This document shows, piece by piece, positions 38,753 to 47,839 of a DNA stretch of 64,000 bases. Source of the stretch: Miltoncostaeaceae bacterium (GTDB lineage Bacteria; Actinomycetota; Thermoleophilia; Miltoncostaeales; Miltoncostaeaceae); assembly GCA_040219555.1 (NCBI GenBank), contig JAVJSF010000013.1, forward strand, positions 55,507-119,506. The letters run 5' to 3'. A model generated the notes under the pieces. The model was not told the origin of the DNA. It did no database searches and worked only from the letters and a program-made list of their open reading frames with translations. Within the stretch, counting starts at the first letter, position 1; each line of letters starts with the position of its first letter. The position numbers and the translations under genes were made by a program.

Positions 38753-39946
38753 ATGGCGCGACCCCTCGGGCTCGACGACCCGGGTGCCGACTGGCGCGGT
38801 GCCCGGGTGCTGGTGCGGGCCGATCTCAACGTCCCCCTCGACGGGGGGCGCATCACCGACGACGCGCGCATCGTTGCGTCGGTGCCCACCCTGCGCCGCC
38901 TGCTGGCGGCCGGCGCCTCGGTGGCCGTCTGCTCGCATCTGGGCCGGCCGAAGGGCCGGCGGGTGCAGGACCTGTCGCTGGCGCCCTGCGCCACCCGGCT
39001 GGGGCAGCTCCTCACCCGGCGGGTGGACCTGATGGAGGACTGCGTCGGCCCGGCCGTGCGCGAGCGCGTCGAGGCGATGCGCCCCGGCGAGATCGTGCTG
39101 CTCGAGAACCTGCGTTTCCACCCCGAGGAGGAGGCCGACGACCCGGCGTTCGCCGCCGACCTGGCCGCGGGGTTCACCCACTACGTCAACGACGCCTTCG
39201 GGGCGGCGCACCGGGCGCATGCCTCCACCCACGGTGTCGCCCGGCTGCTGCCGGCGCGCGCCGGCCTGCTGCTGGCCCGCGAGGTGGAGGTCCTGGAGGG
39301 GCTCCTGAGCGCCCCGGCCGGGCCGTTCGTGTCCGTGCTGGGCGGGTCGAAGGTGAGCGACAAGCTGCCGCTGATCGAGAGCCTGCTCTCGCGCTGTGAC
39401 CGCGTGCTGATCGGCGGGGCCATGTGCTTCACCTTCCTGGCGGCGCTGGGCGAGTCGGTGGGCGCCTCTCTGCACGAGGATGAGGCCGGCCAGGCGATGG
39501 CGCGCGACCTGCTCAAGCGGGCCGCCGACGTCAACTGCCAGCTGCAGTTGCCGGTGGACGTGCTCATCGCCGACCGCTTCTCCGCCGACGCCGAGCTGCA
39601 GGTCGTCCCCACCGACGCCATCCCCGAGGGATGGATGGGCGTCGACATCGGCCCCGCCACGGCCGGCGCGTACCGGGAGGCCATCGCCGGTGCGGGGACC
39701 GTCTTCTGGAACGGCCCGATGGGGGCGTTCGAGATCCCGCCGTTCGCCGACGGCACGCTCACCGTGGCCCACGCGATGGCCGACAGCGTCGCCGCCACCG
39801 TCGCGGGCGGGGGCGACTCCGGCGCCGCGGTGGCCCAGTTCGGCCTGGCCGACCGGTTCACCCACGTCTCCACCGGCGGCGGTGCCGCCCTGGAGATGCT
39901 GGAGGGCAAGACCCTGCCGGGCGTCGCCGCCCTGCCGGCGGCATGA
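38753..39946 (+). CDS. pgk: Phosphoglycerate kinase
   Basis: VLVRADLNVPL, SHLGRPKG, LENLRFHPEEE, FVSVLGGSKVSDKL, FWNGPMGAFE, STGGGAALEMLEGK. Confidence 0.95.
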   Translation: MARPLGLDDPGADWRGARVLVRADLNVPLDGGRITDDARIVASVPTLRRLLAAGASVAVCSHLGRPKGRRVQDLSLAPCATRLGQLLTRRVDLMEDCVGPAVRERVEAMRPGEIVLLENLRFHPEEEADDPAFAADLAAGFTHYVNDAFGAAHRAHASTHGVARLLPARAGLLLAREVEVLEGLLSAPAGPFVSVLGGSKVSDKLPLIESLLSRCDRVLIGGAMCFTFLAALGESVGASLHEDEAGQAMARDLLKRAADVNCQLQLPVDVLIADRFSADAELQVVPTDAIPEGWMGVDIGPATAGAYREAIAGAGTVFWNGPMGAFEIPPFADGTLTVAHAMADSVAATVAGGGDSGAAVAQFGLADRFTHVSTGGGAALEMLEGKTLPGVAALPAA

Positions 39947-40692
39947 GCGGCCGGCGCCCGCTGATCGCGGGGAACTGGAAGATGCATAAGACCGGCGCCG
40001 AGGCGCGTGAATACATCACACACCTGGGCGAGTTGGTCGGGCGTGAATCCCCGGTTGCCGATGTCGCGGTGTGCGTACCGTTCACGGCGCTGGAGGCGAC
40101 GGCCCAGGCGGCCGCCGGCACCCCCGTCGCGGTGCTGGCCCAGGCCGTCCACGAGGCCGAGAAGGGTGCGCACACCGGCGAGGTGTCGGTGGGCATGGTG
40201 CGTGCCGCCGGGGCCGCCGGCACGCTGGTGGGACACTCCGAGCGCCGGGCCGCAGGCGAGACCGACGCCCAGGTGGCCGCGCGGGTGCGCGCCGCCCTGG
40301 CCGGCGGCCTCGGTGTGATCCTCTGCGTCGGCGAGTCGCTGGACCAGCGCGAGGCCGGCGAGACCGAGTCGTGGCTGGCCGGGCAGGTTGCCGCCGCGCT
40401 GGAGGGGCTCACCGAGGTGGACACCCGGGCGCTGTCGATCGCCTACGAGCCGATCTGGGCCATCGGCACCGGGCGCACCGCCACCCCCGACATCGCCCAG
40501 GCCGCGTGCGCCCACGTACGGGCCGAGGCCGGGCGCTTCCTGGACGGCTCGGCCCTGCGCGTGCTCTACGGCGGCAGCGTGACGCCCGAGAGCGCCGGCG
40601 AGTTGCTGGCCCAGGCAGACATCGACGGCGCCCTGGTGGGCGGCGCCAGCCTCGACCCCGAGAGCTTCGCCGCGATCGTGGCCGCCGCATGA
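39943..40692 (+). CDS. tpiA: Triose-phosphate isomerase
   Basis: ATGA overlap with pgk. IAGNWKMH, VGHSERR, IAYEPIWAIGTG, YGGSV. Confidence 0.95.
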   Translation: MSGRRPLIAGNWKMHKTGAEAREYITHLGELVGRESPVADVAVCVPFTALEATAQAAAGTPVAVLAQAVHEAEKGAHTGEVSVGMVRAAGAAGTLVGHSERRAAGETDAQVAARVRAALAGGLGVILCVGESLDQREAGETESWLAGQVAAALEGLTEVDTRALSIAYEPIWAIGTGRTATPDIAQAACAHVRAEAGRFLDGSALRVLYGGSVTPESAGELLAQADIDGALVGGASLDPESFAAIVAAA

Positions 40693-42191
40693 GCCGACCC
40701 GGGCCGCTGGTCCTCTGCGTGGTCGACGGCTTCGGGATCGCCCCCGCCGGCCCCGGCAACGCCGTCTCGCTGGCGCGGACGCCGAACCTCGACGCCCTGG
40801 CCGCAGAGGGCTCGGCCACGCGGATCGCGGCCTCGGGGCTCCCGGTGGGCCTGCCGGACGGCCAGCAGGGCAACAGCGAGGTGGGGCACCTCAACCTGGG
40901 CGCCGGCCGGCGCGTGCCGCAGATGCTCGTGCGCATCGACGAGGCCGTCGCGGACGGCTCGCTGGGGAGCATCGAGGCCGTCCGCAGCGCCCTGCGCGTG
41001 GGGCGGGCCTCGACTCTGCACCTCATCGGCCTGATCGGCGACGGCGGCGTCCACGCCAGCCAGCGCCACATGAACGCCCTGATCGCCCTTGCGCGCAGCG
41101 AGGGGGTCACCGATCTGGTGGTACACGCCTTCACGGACGGGCGCGACACCCGGCCCGACGCGGCCCTCGGCGTGGTGGCCGAGTTGGAGGCCGCCGGCGT
41201 GCGGGTCGGCTCCGTCGTGGGGCGCTACTACGCCATGGACCGCGATCACCGGTGGGACCGCACGCGCAAGGCCTACGACGCGATGGTGCACGGCAACGGG
41301 GAGGGCTTCCAGTCCGCCCGGGACGCAATCCAGGCCGCGTACGCCGAGGGAGTCGGCGACGAGTTCATCGAGCCGGCGGTGATCGGCCCGCGCGAGACCG
41401 GGCGCATCCGGGGCGAGGACGCGGTCGTCTACTGCAACTTCCGTCCCGATCGCGCGCGCCAGCTCACCATGGCCCTCACCGAGCGGACCTTCGACGGCTT
41501 CGACCGCGGCTATCACCCGCCGTGGCCCTCGGTGACGACCATGACCCGGTACAAGGCCGAGTTCGCCGCGACGCCCATCTTCGAGTCCGAGGATGTGCGC
41601 CAGGGGCTGGCCGAGATGGTGTCGGACGCCGGCCTGCCCCAGCTCCACGTGGCCGAGACCGAGAAGTACGCGCACGTCACGTTCTTCTTCAACGGTGGCC
41701 GCGAGGCGCCGTTCGAGGGGGAGGAGCGCGTCCTGGTCCAGTCGCCCCAGCACGTGCCGACCTACGACCACGCGCCCGAGATGAGCGCCCTCGGGGTGCG
41801 CGACGCCGTGCTCGCGGGCATCGCCGCCGGGGAGGCCCGGCTGATCGTGGTCAACTTCGCCAACGCCGACATGGTGGGACACACCGGCGTCGTCCCTGCC
41901 GCGGTGCGCGCCATCGAGACCGTCGACGCCTGCATGGGCGCCATCCGCCCCGCCGTGGCCGGCGCCGGCGGGCTGCTGTGCGTGACCGCCGACCACGGCA
42001 ACAGCGAGCACATGATCGAGCCCGACGGCAGCCCGAACACAGCGCACACGGCCAACCCGGTGCCCCTCTGGATCGACCGGCCCGGGCTGCCGCTGCGCGA
42101 GGGCGGGGCTCTCGGGGACGTGGCGCCCACGCTCTGCGGGCTGGTGGGCTGGGATCCCGGACGCGCGATGACGGGGACCCCGCTGGTCTGA
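40689..42191 (+). CDS. gpmI: 2,3-bisphosphoglycerate-independent phosphoglycerate mutase
   Basis: ATGA overlap with tpiA. LCVVDGFG, GNSEVGHLNLGAGR, GGVHAS, FTDGRDT, NFANADMVGHTG, TADHGN. Confidence 0.93.
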   Translation: MSRPGPLVLCVVDGFGIAPAGPGNAVSLARTPNLDALAAEGSATRIAASGLPVGLPDGQQGNSEVGHLNLGAGRRVPQMLVRIDEAVADGSLGSIEAVRSALRVGRASTLHLIGLIGDGGVHASQRHMNALIALARSEGVTDLVVHAFTDGRDTRPDAALGVVAELEAAGVRVGSVVGRYYAMDRDHRWDRTRKAYDAMVHGNGEGFQSARDAIQAAYAEGVGDEFIEPAVIGPRETGRIRGEDAVVYCNFRPDRARQLTMALTERTFDGFDRGYHPPWPSVTTMTRYKAEFAATPIFESEDVRQGLAEMVSDAGLPQLHVAETEKYAHVTFFFNGGREAPFEGEERVLVQSPQHVPTYDHAPEMSALGVRDAVLAGIAAGEARLIVVNFANADMVGHTGVVPAAVRAIETVDACMGAIRPAVAGAGGLLCVTADHGNSEHMIEPDGSPNTAHTANPVPLWIDRPGLPLREGGALGDVAPTLCGLVGWDPGRAMTGTPLV

Positions 42192-42395
42192 CGCTGGAGC
42201 GGGTCCGCTATTCTCGTGCCGTCTGGGGCGAGGGTCCCGGAGCGGACGACCGCGACGAGGGCGGGGGGTGAGCGGCATGGAGGACCGGGTGATCGACGGG
42301 GCGGCCCGGCCGCCCGCATCGTTCCTGCCGATCGCCGGCGTCCCCGCGGTGCGCGCCTGACGCAGCACCCGGGGCGCCCTCATGGGAGTTCCCAC

Positions 42396-43454
42396 ATGAC
42401 ACATGCTGCACACCCCGCCCCGGATGACCCGTCCGCGAACCTCCCGGCGGCGCTCGGATGGGAGCCGCGCCTCGACGCACTCCTGGCCGAGGTCGATCCG
42501 TCCGCCGTGCCCGCCCGCGTCGTGCGCGTCGACCGCGGCACCGCCCGCCTTCTGAGCGCGACGGGCTCCGCCGCCGCGCACCTGCCCGGGGCCGCCGTTG
42601 GCGACCACGTCGCCCTCGCGCCGGACGGCGGCGCGCACCTGCTGCCACGGCGTGGTGCCATCGCGCGCCGGGCCGCGGGCTCCGGCGACTCGGCGCAGGT
42701 GCTGGCGGCCAACGTCGATCGGGTGCTGGTGGTGCACGGCGCGGACCGGCCGCTCCATCCGCGCCGCATCCACCGCTCGCTGGCGCTTGCCTGGGAGGGC
42801 GGGGCCGAGCCGGTCGTCGTCGTGACCAAGAGCGATCTGGACCCCGATGGCGACGTCCTGGCGGAGCTCACGGGGGCGGCGCCGGGCACGTCCGTCCACG
42901 CCGTCGGGGCCCGGACCGGAGAGGGGCTCGCAACCGTCGCCGGCTGGGCTTTCCCGGACCGGACCCTCTGCCTGGTCGGCGAGTCCGGGGCGGGCAAGTC
43001 GACCCTCATCAACGCGCTCCTGGGCTGTGCCGGGCCGGCCGCGGCCACGGCGCCGGTCCGAGGCGGAGACAACAAGGGGCGCCACACCACGACCGCACGC
43101 CATCTGCTGCCGCTGCCGGGCGGCGGGTGCATCATCGACACGCCCGGGATACGGGAGCTCGGGCTCTGGGGGGATGGTCGCGGCGTGGCGATGGCGTTCG
43201 CCGACATCACCGCGCTCGCCGCCGAGTGCCGCTTCTCCGACTGCCGCCACGCCGGCGAGCCGGGATGCGCGGTGGCGGCGGCGGTGCAGCGCGGTGACCT
43301 CGATCCCTCGCGCGTGGACAGCCACGCGCGCCTGGTGGCCGAGGAGGAGGCCCTCGAGCGTCGTCGCGTCCCGCACCAGGAGCGTGCGCACGGCCGGCGA
43401 CGGTCGCGCATGGTCCGCGAGGTCGTCCGGTCCAAGGGGCGCCGCCCCAGGTGA
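42396..43454 (+). CDS. rsgA: Ribosome small-subunit-dependent GTPase A
   Basis: ATG 42396 with GGGAG 7 nt upstream. VVVVTKSDL, LVGESGAGKSTLINAL, GRHTTT, IIDTPG, Zn-finger CRFSDCRHAGEPGCAV. Confidence 0.88.
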   Translation: MTHAAHPAPDDPSANLPAALGWEPRLDALLAEVDPSAVPARVVRVDRGTARLLSATGSAAAHLPGAAVGDHVALAPDGGAHLLPRRGAIARRAAGSGDSAQVLAANVDRVLVVHGADRPLHPRRIHRSLALAWEGGAEPVVVVTKSDLDPDGDVLAELTGAAPGTSVHAVGARTGEGLATVAGWAFPDRTLCLVGESGAGKSTLINALLGCAGPAAATAPVRGGDNKGRHTTTARHLLPLPGGGCIIDTPGIRELGLWGDGRGVAMAFADITALAAECRFSDCRHAGEPGCAVAAAVQRGDLDPSRVDSHARLVAEEEALERRRVPHQERAHGRRRSRMVREVVRSKGRRPR

Positions 43455-43493
43455 GCTGGCGCCGCGTGGGCCGGCGGGAAGCGGTCCTGCGGC

Positions 43494-44561
43494 CTAGATC
43501 AGCGTCAGCTGGGACTGCCCCCGCCCGCCGGCGCCGGCGGGCGGGCGGCGCCGCGAGCCGAAGCGCGCCTCCTCGTAGTCCTCGTGCTCGGGGCCGGGGC
43601 CGCCGTGGCGCGCCACCGACTCGCGCACGCGCCGGACCATGTCCCGCGCCAGGCCGGCCGGCGCGTTCCCTCGCACGTACTCGCCCGCCAGCCGCGTCGC
43701 GTGCTCGGGGTGGGTGCGCCCCAGGCGCTCCAGGTAGTGCTCGCGCACGCCGTCGCGCAGGTGGAGCATGATCGGGGTGATCGACACCGCGCCGGCGTCC
43801 ACCGCCGCGCGCACCACCTCATCCAGGCGCCTTCGGTCGTCGGAGAGGCCCGGGATCACCGGCGCCAGCATCACGCCGCACGGCACGCCGGCCGCGTTGA
43901 GCGCGGCAACGGCCTCCATGCGCCGGCGCGGGTCCGGGGCGTGGGGCTCGGTGGCCCGCCACACCTCCCGGTCCAGCGTCCCGATCGAGAGCGCGGCGTG
44001 CACCGTGGTGCGCCGCGCGGCGGCGGCCAGCAGGTCGATGTCGCGGGTGATCAGGGTCGACTTGGTCAGGATCGAGAACGGGTTGCCGGCGTCGGCCAGC
44101 GCGTCCACGATGCCGCGCGTGAGCCGGTAGCGGCCCTCCACCGGCTGGTAGGGGTCGGTGTTGGTGCCCATCGCGATTGGCTCGCGGGCACGTCCGGGCG
44201 CCGCCAACTCGGCACGGGCGAGGTCGACCGCGTTCACCTTCACCACCAGGCGCCGGTCGAAGTCCTCGCCGGTGTCGAGGCCCAGATAGGCGTGGGTGGG
44301 GCGGGCGAAGCAGTAGGCGCAGGCGTGGCTGCATCCGCGATAGGCGTTGATGGTCCAGCGGAAGGGCATGCGCGAGCCGTCGGGCACCCGGTTCAGGAGC
44401 GTGCGCGCCCGGACGTGGTAGAGCTCGAGCCCGGCCAACTCGCCCGTCCCGGCCACCGGCGCGGGACCTGCGATCAGCCGTCCCTGGGCGGCGTCCTCGT
44501 CGGCCAGGGGCCACCGCAGCGCCGGCCGGCCCGCGGGATCACTCCCCCGCGTCACCGGCAC
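43494..44561 (-). CDS. Radical SAM protein (Rv2578c/SplB-like family)
   Basis: TINAYRGCSHACAYCFARPTH (CxxxCxxC), GTNTDPYQP, FSILTKS. Confidence 0.88.
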   Translation of the reverse strand: MPVTRGSDPAGRPALRWPLADEDAAQGRLIAGPAPVAGTGELAGLELYHVRARTLLNRVPDGSRMPFRWTINAYRGCSHACAYCFARPTHAYLGLDTGEDFDRRLVVKVNAVDLARAELAAPGRAREPIAMGTNTDPYQPVEGRYRLTRGIVDALADAGNPFSILTKSTLITRDIDLLAAAARRTTVHAALSIGTLDREVWRATEPHAPDPRRRMEAVAALNAAGVPCGVMLAPVIPGLSDDRRRLDEVVRAAVDAGAVSITPIMLHLRDGVREHYLERLGRTHPEHATRLAGEYVRGNAPAGLARDMVRRVRESVARHGGPGPEHEDYEEARFGSRRRPPAGAGGRGQSQLTLI

Positions 44562-44820
44562 CGGTGCGCAGGGCCCGTCGCACGATGCGGCGGGTGGCGG
44601 GCGACGGGCTCTCTGCCAGCCACCTGCGGCACGTGGCCGTCACGAGGACCGGTTGGCGCCGGGCCAGCCGGCGCAGGTCGTCGCCGACCCGGTTCTGCAC
44701 CCGCGGGCTGGGGTGCGCGCGGAAGGACTCCAGGGCGGCCAGGCCGGCGTCCGGGCGGGACGCTCGGGGGAGGGGCAGGGGGAGGCTCGGTGCGGTCATG
44801 CGGGTGACCATAGCGAACAT
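44539..44820 (-). CDS. Small ORF resembling only the C-terminal HEAT-like end of DNA alkylation repair (AlkD-like) proteins; possible gene remnant
   Basis: 93 aa with high GC3. HPSPRVQNRVGDDLRRLARRQPVLVTATCRRWLAES...TRRIVRRAL. Overlaps the radical SAM gene start by 23 nt. Family assignment is weak. Confidence 0.35.
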   Translation of the reverse strand: MFAMVTRMTAPSLPLPLPRASRPDAGLAALESFRAHPSPRVQNRVGDDLRRLARRQPVLVTATCRRWLAESPSPATRRIVRRALRTGAGDAGE

Positions 44821-44930
44821 GTGTTCGTGTGAGAAGCAACACGCGTTGCGCGTGCAACGGCGCCGGCAGGATCGGCACTGCGCGCGTGCAAGAGGCTCGG
44901 CACGACAACGACCACGAGAGAGGACCCGTC

Positions 44931-45629
44931 GTGAGCAGCCGCATCCGCGTGCCCGAGCGCGAGAGCGACTTCAGCTGGGAGGAGCCCTACCGCAGCGGCG
45001 GCGGGGGCGGCGGTCGCAGCAGCGGCGGCGGCGGTCGCCGGCGGCGTCCCCCGTCCCGGCGCGGTCGCGGCGCGGGCCCCCGGCAGGTTGCTCTCCCACT
45101 GCTGGGCGTCGCCCTGGTCGTGGGACTCCTCATCGGCTTCCTCGCCGGCGGGAGCGGGGGGACGACCACCGTCACCGAGACCGCCACCGTCACCACCGAG
45201 GCGGCCGAGCAGGCCCCGACCGCCGCAGGCCCCGGCTCGCGCGCCACCATCGCCCTCACCGTCCTGAACGGCTCCGGCGAGAACGGTCTGGCCGCCAGCA
45301 CCGCCGAGCGCCTGACGGGTCTCGGCTACCGCAACGTGACCGAGGGCAACGCCCCCAGCCAGGTCACCGCCGACCGGGTCCTCTACCGGCCGGGGTCCGA
45401 GCCCCTGGCACTCCAGGTGGCCGCCGACCTCGACGCCGGCGCTCCGCTTCCGCTGGCGGACGCCACCGGCATCGCCGAGGCGGCTCCGGACGCCGACGTG
45501 GTTGCCGTCATGGGTCCCAGCGCGGGCGGCGACACCGGCCAGGACACCGCCGAGGCCCCCGCGCTCCCCGATGAGCCGGCCGGCGACGGGGACGTGGACG
45601 GCGTCGGCTCGGGCGAGGCCGGCCCCTGA
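44931..45629 (+). CDS. LytR_C (LytR/CpsA/Psr C-terminal) domain membrane protein
   Basis: GTG 44931 after GAGAGAGGA. Gly/Arg-rich N-terminus, one TM, then LTVLNGSGENGLAASTAERLTGLGYRNV...ADRVLY. Confidence 0.7.
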   Translation: MSSRIRVPERESDFSWEEPYRSGGGGGGRSSGGGGRRRRPPSRRGRGAGPRQVALPLLGVALVVGLLIGFLAGGSGGTTTVTETATVTTEAAEQAPTAAGPGSRATIALTVLNGSGENGLAASTAERLTGLGYRNVTEGNAPSQVTADRVLYRPGSEPLALQVAADLDAGAPLPLADATGIAEAAPDADVVAVMGPSAGGDTGQDTAEAPALPDEPAGDGDVDGVGSGEAGP

Positions 45630-45902
45630 TCAGGTCGTGAGACGTACGCGGGCCGCGAACTCGTCGCGCCCGCGTGCCTCGACCTCGCGCAGCCACACCA
45701 GTTCGTGGCCCGTCCGGTGACACCACGCCGGCAGGTCGACGCGGATCAACGGGTCGGTGGCCAGCAGGTCCAGCACCGCCCCCGCGCGCAGCCCGCGGGC
45801 TGCGCGGTCGAGGAGGCGGATGGGCACCGGGCACCAGGTGCCGAGCGCGTCCACGACGCGGCTGGGAGCGGCAGGGCCCGTGGGCTCGCCGGCTCCGCTC
45901 AC
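45630..45902 (-). CDS. TusA/SirA-like sulfurtransferase
   Basis: GTG 45902 (GTGA overlap with the upstream stop). DALGTWCPVPIRLLDRA (CPxP active site) and WCHRTGHELV. Confidence 0.75.
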   Translation of the reverse strand: MSGAGEPTGPAAPSRVVDALGTWCPVPIRLLDRAARGLRAGAVLDLLATDPLIRVDLPAWCHRTGHELVWLREVEARGRDEFAARVRLTT

Positions 45903-47068
45903 GCGCCCGCGAGCGGGCTGATGGCCCGCAGGCGGGCCAGTTCTTCGCCGAAGGCGCGCACGGCCGCCTCGGCCTCGGCATCGGTGGTGGCGGGCCCGGC
46001 CGACAGCAGCACCGCGCTGTGACTCCACGGCGGCTCCAGCCCGATGGCCTCCAGCGTGGGCGCGGCTTTGCCGCCGGCGGTGGTGCAGGCCGAGCCGGGC
46101 GAGCAGGCCACCCCGCGCGCAGCCAGGGCCAGGCACAGGCTCTCGCCCTCCACATCGCCCACCGACACCTGGACGCTGCCCGGCAGTCGTCCGCCGCGCG
46201 GCCCGTTCAGGCGCACCCCCGGGAGGGCGAGGAGGCCGGTAATCAGCCGCTCGCCGGCCTCCGTCATGCGGGCGGCGCGCTCCTCCCGCTCCTCGGCCGC
46301 CCAGCGGGCGGCCCACCCCAGCGCCACGATGCCGGGAAGGCACTCCGGGCCGGCGCGCTTGCCCATCTCCTGCAGGCCGCCCTCCATCTGCGGGTGCAGG
46401 CGTGCGCCCTCGCGCACCACCAGGGCGCCGGTCCACGGGGGCGCGCCCAGGCTGCGCCCGTCGACGGTCAGCGCATCGATCCCCAGCGCCCCCATCTCCA
46501 GCGGCAGGACCCCCGCGCTCTCGCCGGCATCGATGTGGATGCGCACCTGCGGGCCGGCCGACCGCGCGGCGGCGACCAGGACCGGCAGGTCCTGCACGGT
46601 GCCGATGTCGCCCTGGGCGTGGTGCAGCGACAGGACGGCCCCGCCGCCCTCCAGCGCGCCCGCCACCGCGCCGGCGTCGAGTCGCCCCTCCTGGTCGACG
46701 CCGACCGACCGGACCATCACGCCCGCCGCCTCCAGCGTGCGCGCACAGGCCAGTACCGCCGGGTGCTCCACGGCCGACACCACCAGCCCGGGCGCGCCGT
46801 CCGTCGCGGGGTTGCCGGCCACCAGGCCCTTCACGGCCAGGTTGCGCGCCTCGGTGGCGCCGGCGGTGAAGATGACCCACGCCGGGTCGGCGCCGACCAG
46901 CGCCGCCACCCGCTCCCGGGCCTCCTCGAGGGCCTCCGCGGGCGCCAGCGCCGCGTCGTGCAGCGCGTCCGGATTGGCCCACATCGCGCGGGCGGCACCC
47001 GCCATCGCATCGAGAAGGCGGTCCTGGGGCGGCCACGCCGCGGCGTGATCCAGGTAGACCTGCGCCAC
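45899..47068 (-). CDS. IscS/NifS-like class V aminotransferase-fold protein lacking the PLP-binding lysine
   Basis: VYLDHAAA, FTAGATEARNLA, SAVEHPAV, HIDAGES, LTVDGRSLGAPPWTGALVV (family has SGHK..GPKG.GAL), GGLQEMGKRAGPE, SPGSACTT. Confidence 0.8.
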   Translation of the reverse strand: MAQVYLDHAAAWPPQDRLLDAMAGAARAMWANPDALHDAALAPAEALEEARERVAALVGADPAWVIFTAGATEARNLAVKGLVAGNPATDGAPGLVVSAVEHPAVLACARTLEAAGVMVRSVGVDQEGRLDAGAVAGALEGGGAVLSLHHAQGDIGTVQDLPVLVAAARSAGPQVRIHIDAGESAGVLPLEMGALGIDALTVDGRSLGAPPWTGALVVREGARLHPQMEGGLQEMGKRAGPECLPGIVALGWAARWAAEEREERAARMTEAGERLITGLLALPGVRLNGPRGGRLPGSVQVSVGDVEGESLCLALAARGVACSPGSACTTAGGKAAPTLEAIGLEPPWSHSAVLLSAGPATTDAEAEAAVRAFGEELARLRAISPLAGA

Positions 47069-47072
47069 GCCT

Positions 47073-47819
47073 TCAGCGCCCCTCGGCCAGGCGGTGCGCC
47101 AGGCCTGTGGGGAGATCGGCCTGGAGGATGGCGTTCTGGGCCGCGGCGACGTCGTACGGCGTCCGTCGGAAGTGGATGGTGCGCTCGTCCGAGTCGTAGA
47201 TCGCCCAGGCCGCGCGCGCGTCGCCGTCGCGGGGCTGGCCGACCGAGCCGGGGTTCACCAGCCAGCGACCCACATCGAGCGCGATCGGCGCGTCGATGGG
47301 CGCCCCCCGGCGGTCCATCGCGCCGTCGGGGGTCAGGCGCCAGGCGCACGGGACGTGGGTGTGGCCCACCAGCGTGAGCCCCACCCGGCGGTCCTCCAGC
47401 GCCGCACGGGCGCCTCCCACCTCGGTGATGTACTCCCAGACGGGGTCGCGGGGGCTGCCGTGGAACATCGGGACCTCGTGGTCCAGGTCCACCGCCTCCA
47501 GGCGCTCCAGGCGTCCGCGCCCGGGCTGCCCCAGCGTGGAGCGCGTCCACTCGATGGCGGCGCGTGCGGCGGGCGTGAAGGAGGCGATGCTGACCCGGCC
47601 CGAGACGCCGAGGTCGTGGTTGCCCGCGATGCAGCGCTCGGCCTCGGACAGGGCCAGGCGCATGCAGTGCGCGGGGTCGGCGCCGTAGCCCACCACGTCG
47701 CCGACGCACCACCAGGTGCGCGCCCCGGCCTGGCGGGCGGCCTGGAGAACGGCGTCGAGCGCCTGGCGGTTGCCGTGGATGTCACTGAGGATGGCGATGC
47801 GGGGCGTGGTGACCTCGAT
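47073..47819 (-). CDS. Metallophosphoesterase (YfcE/MJ0936-like); start codon unresolved
   Basis: RIAILSDIHGN, CVGDVVGYG, AGNHD, VGHTH, NPGSVGQPRDGD. There is no in-frame ATG/GTG/TTG just upstream of the DIHGN motif. The 5' end given is the ATC codon at 47819. Confidence 0.7.
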   Translation of the reverse strand: MEVTTPRIAILSDIHGNRQALDAVLQAARQAGARTWWCVGDVVGYGADPAHCMRLALSEAERCIAGNHDLGVSGRVSIASFTPAARAAIEWTRSTLGQPGRGRLERLEAVDLDHEVPMFHGSPRDPVWEYITEVGGARAALEDRRVGLTLVGHTHVPCAWRLTPDGAMDRRGAPIDAPIALDVGRWLVNPGSVGQPRDGDARAAWAIYDSDERTIHFRRTPYDVAAAQNAILQADLPTGLAHRLAEGR

Positions 47820-47833
47820 CCCGGGGGTGTCCC

Positions 47834-47839
47834 TAGCAT
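47834..47839 (+). promoter_or_regulatory. -10-like TAGCAT 6 nt upstream of the M48 peptidase GTG
   Basis: TANNNT with no SD sequence. Confidence 0.45.

Noticed and set aside
42216-42395. N-terminally extended RsgA starting at GTG 42216
   Set aside because: ATG 42396 has a good GGGAG SD, and the conserved RsgA N-terminus begins there. The extension is Arg/Gly/Pro-rich.
40566-43391. 941-aa minus-strand ORF opposite gpmI and rsgA. The same applies to 12929-15121, 15209-17200, 51244-53730 and similar long shadow ORFs.
   Set aside because: All lie opposite genes with strong catalytic motifs and have no recognisable domains of their own.
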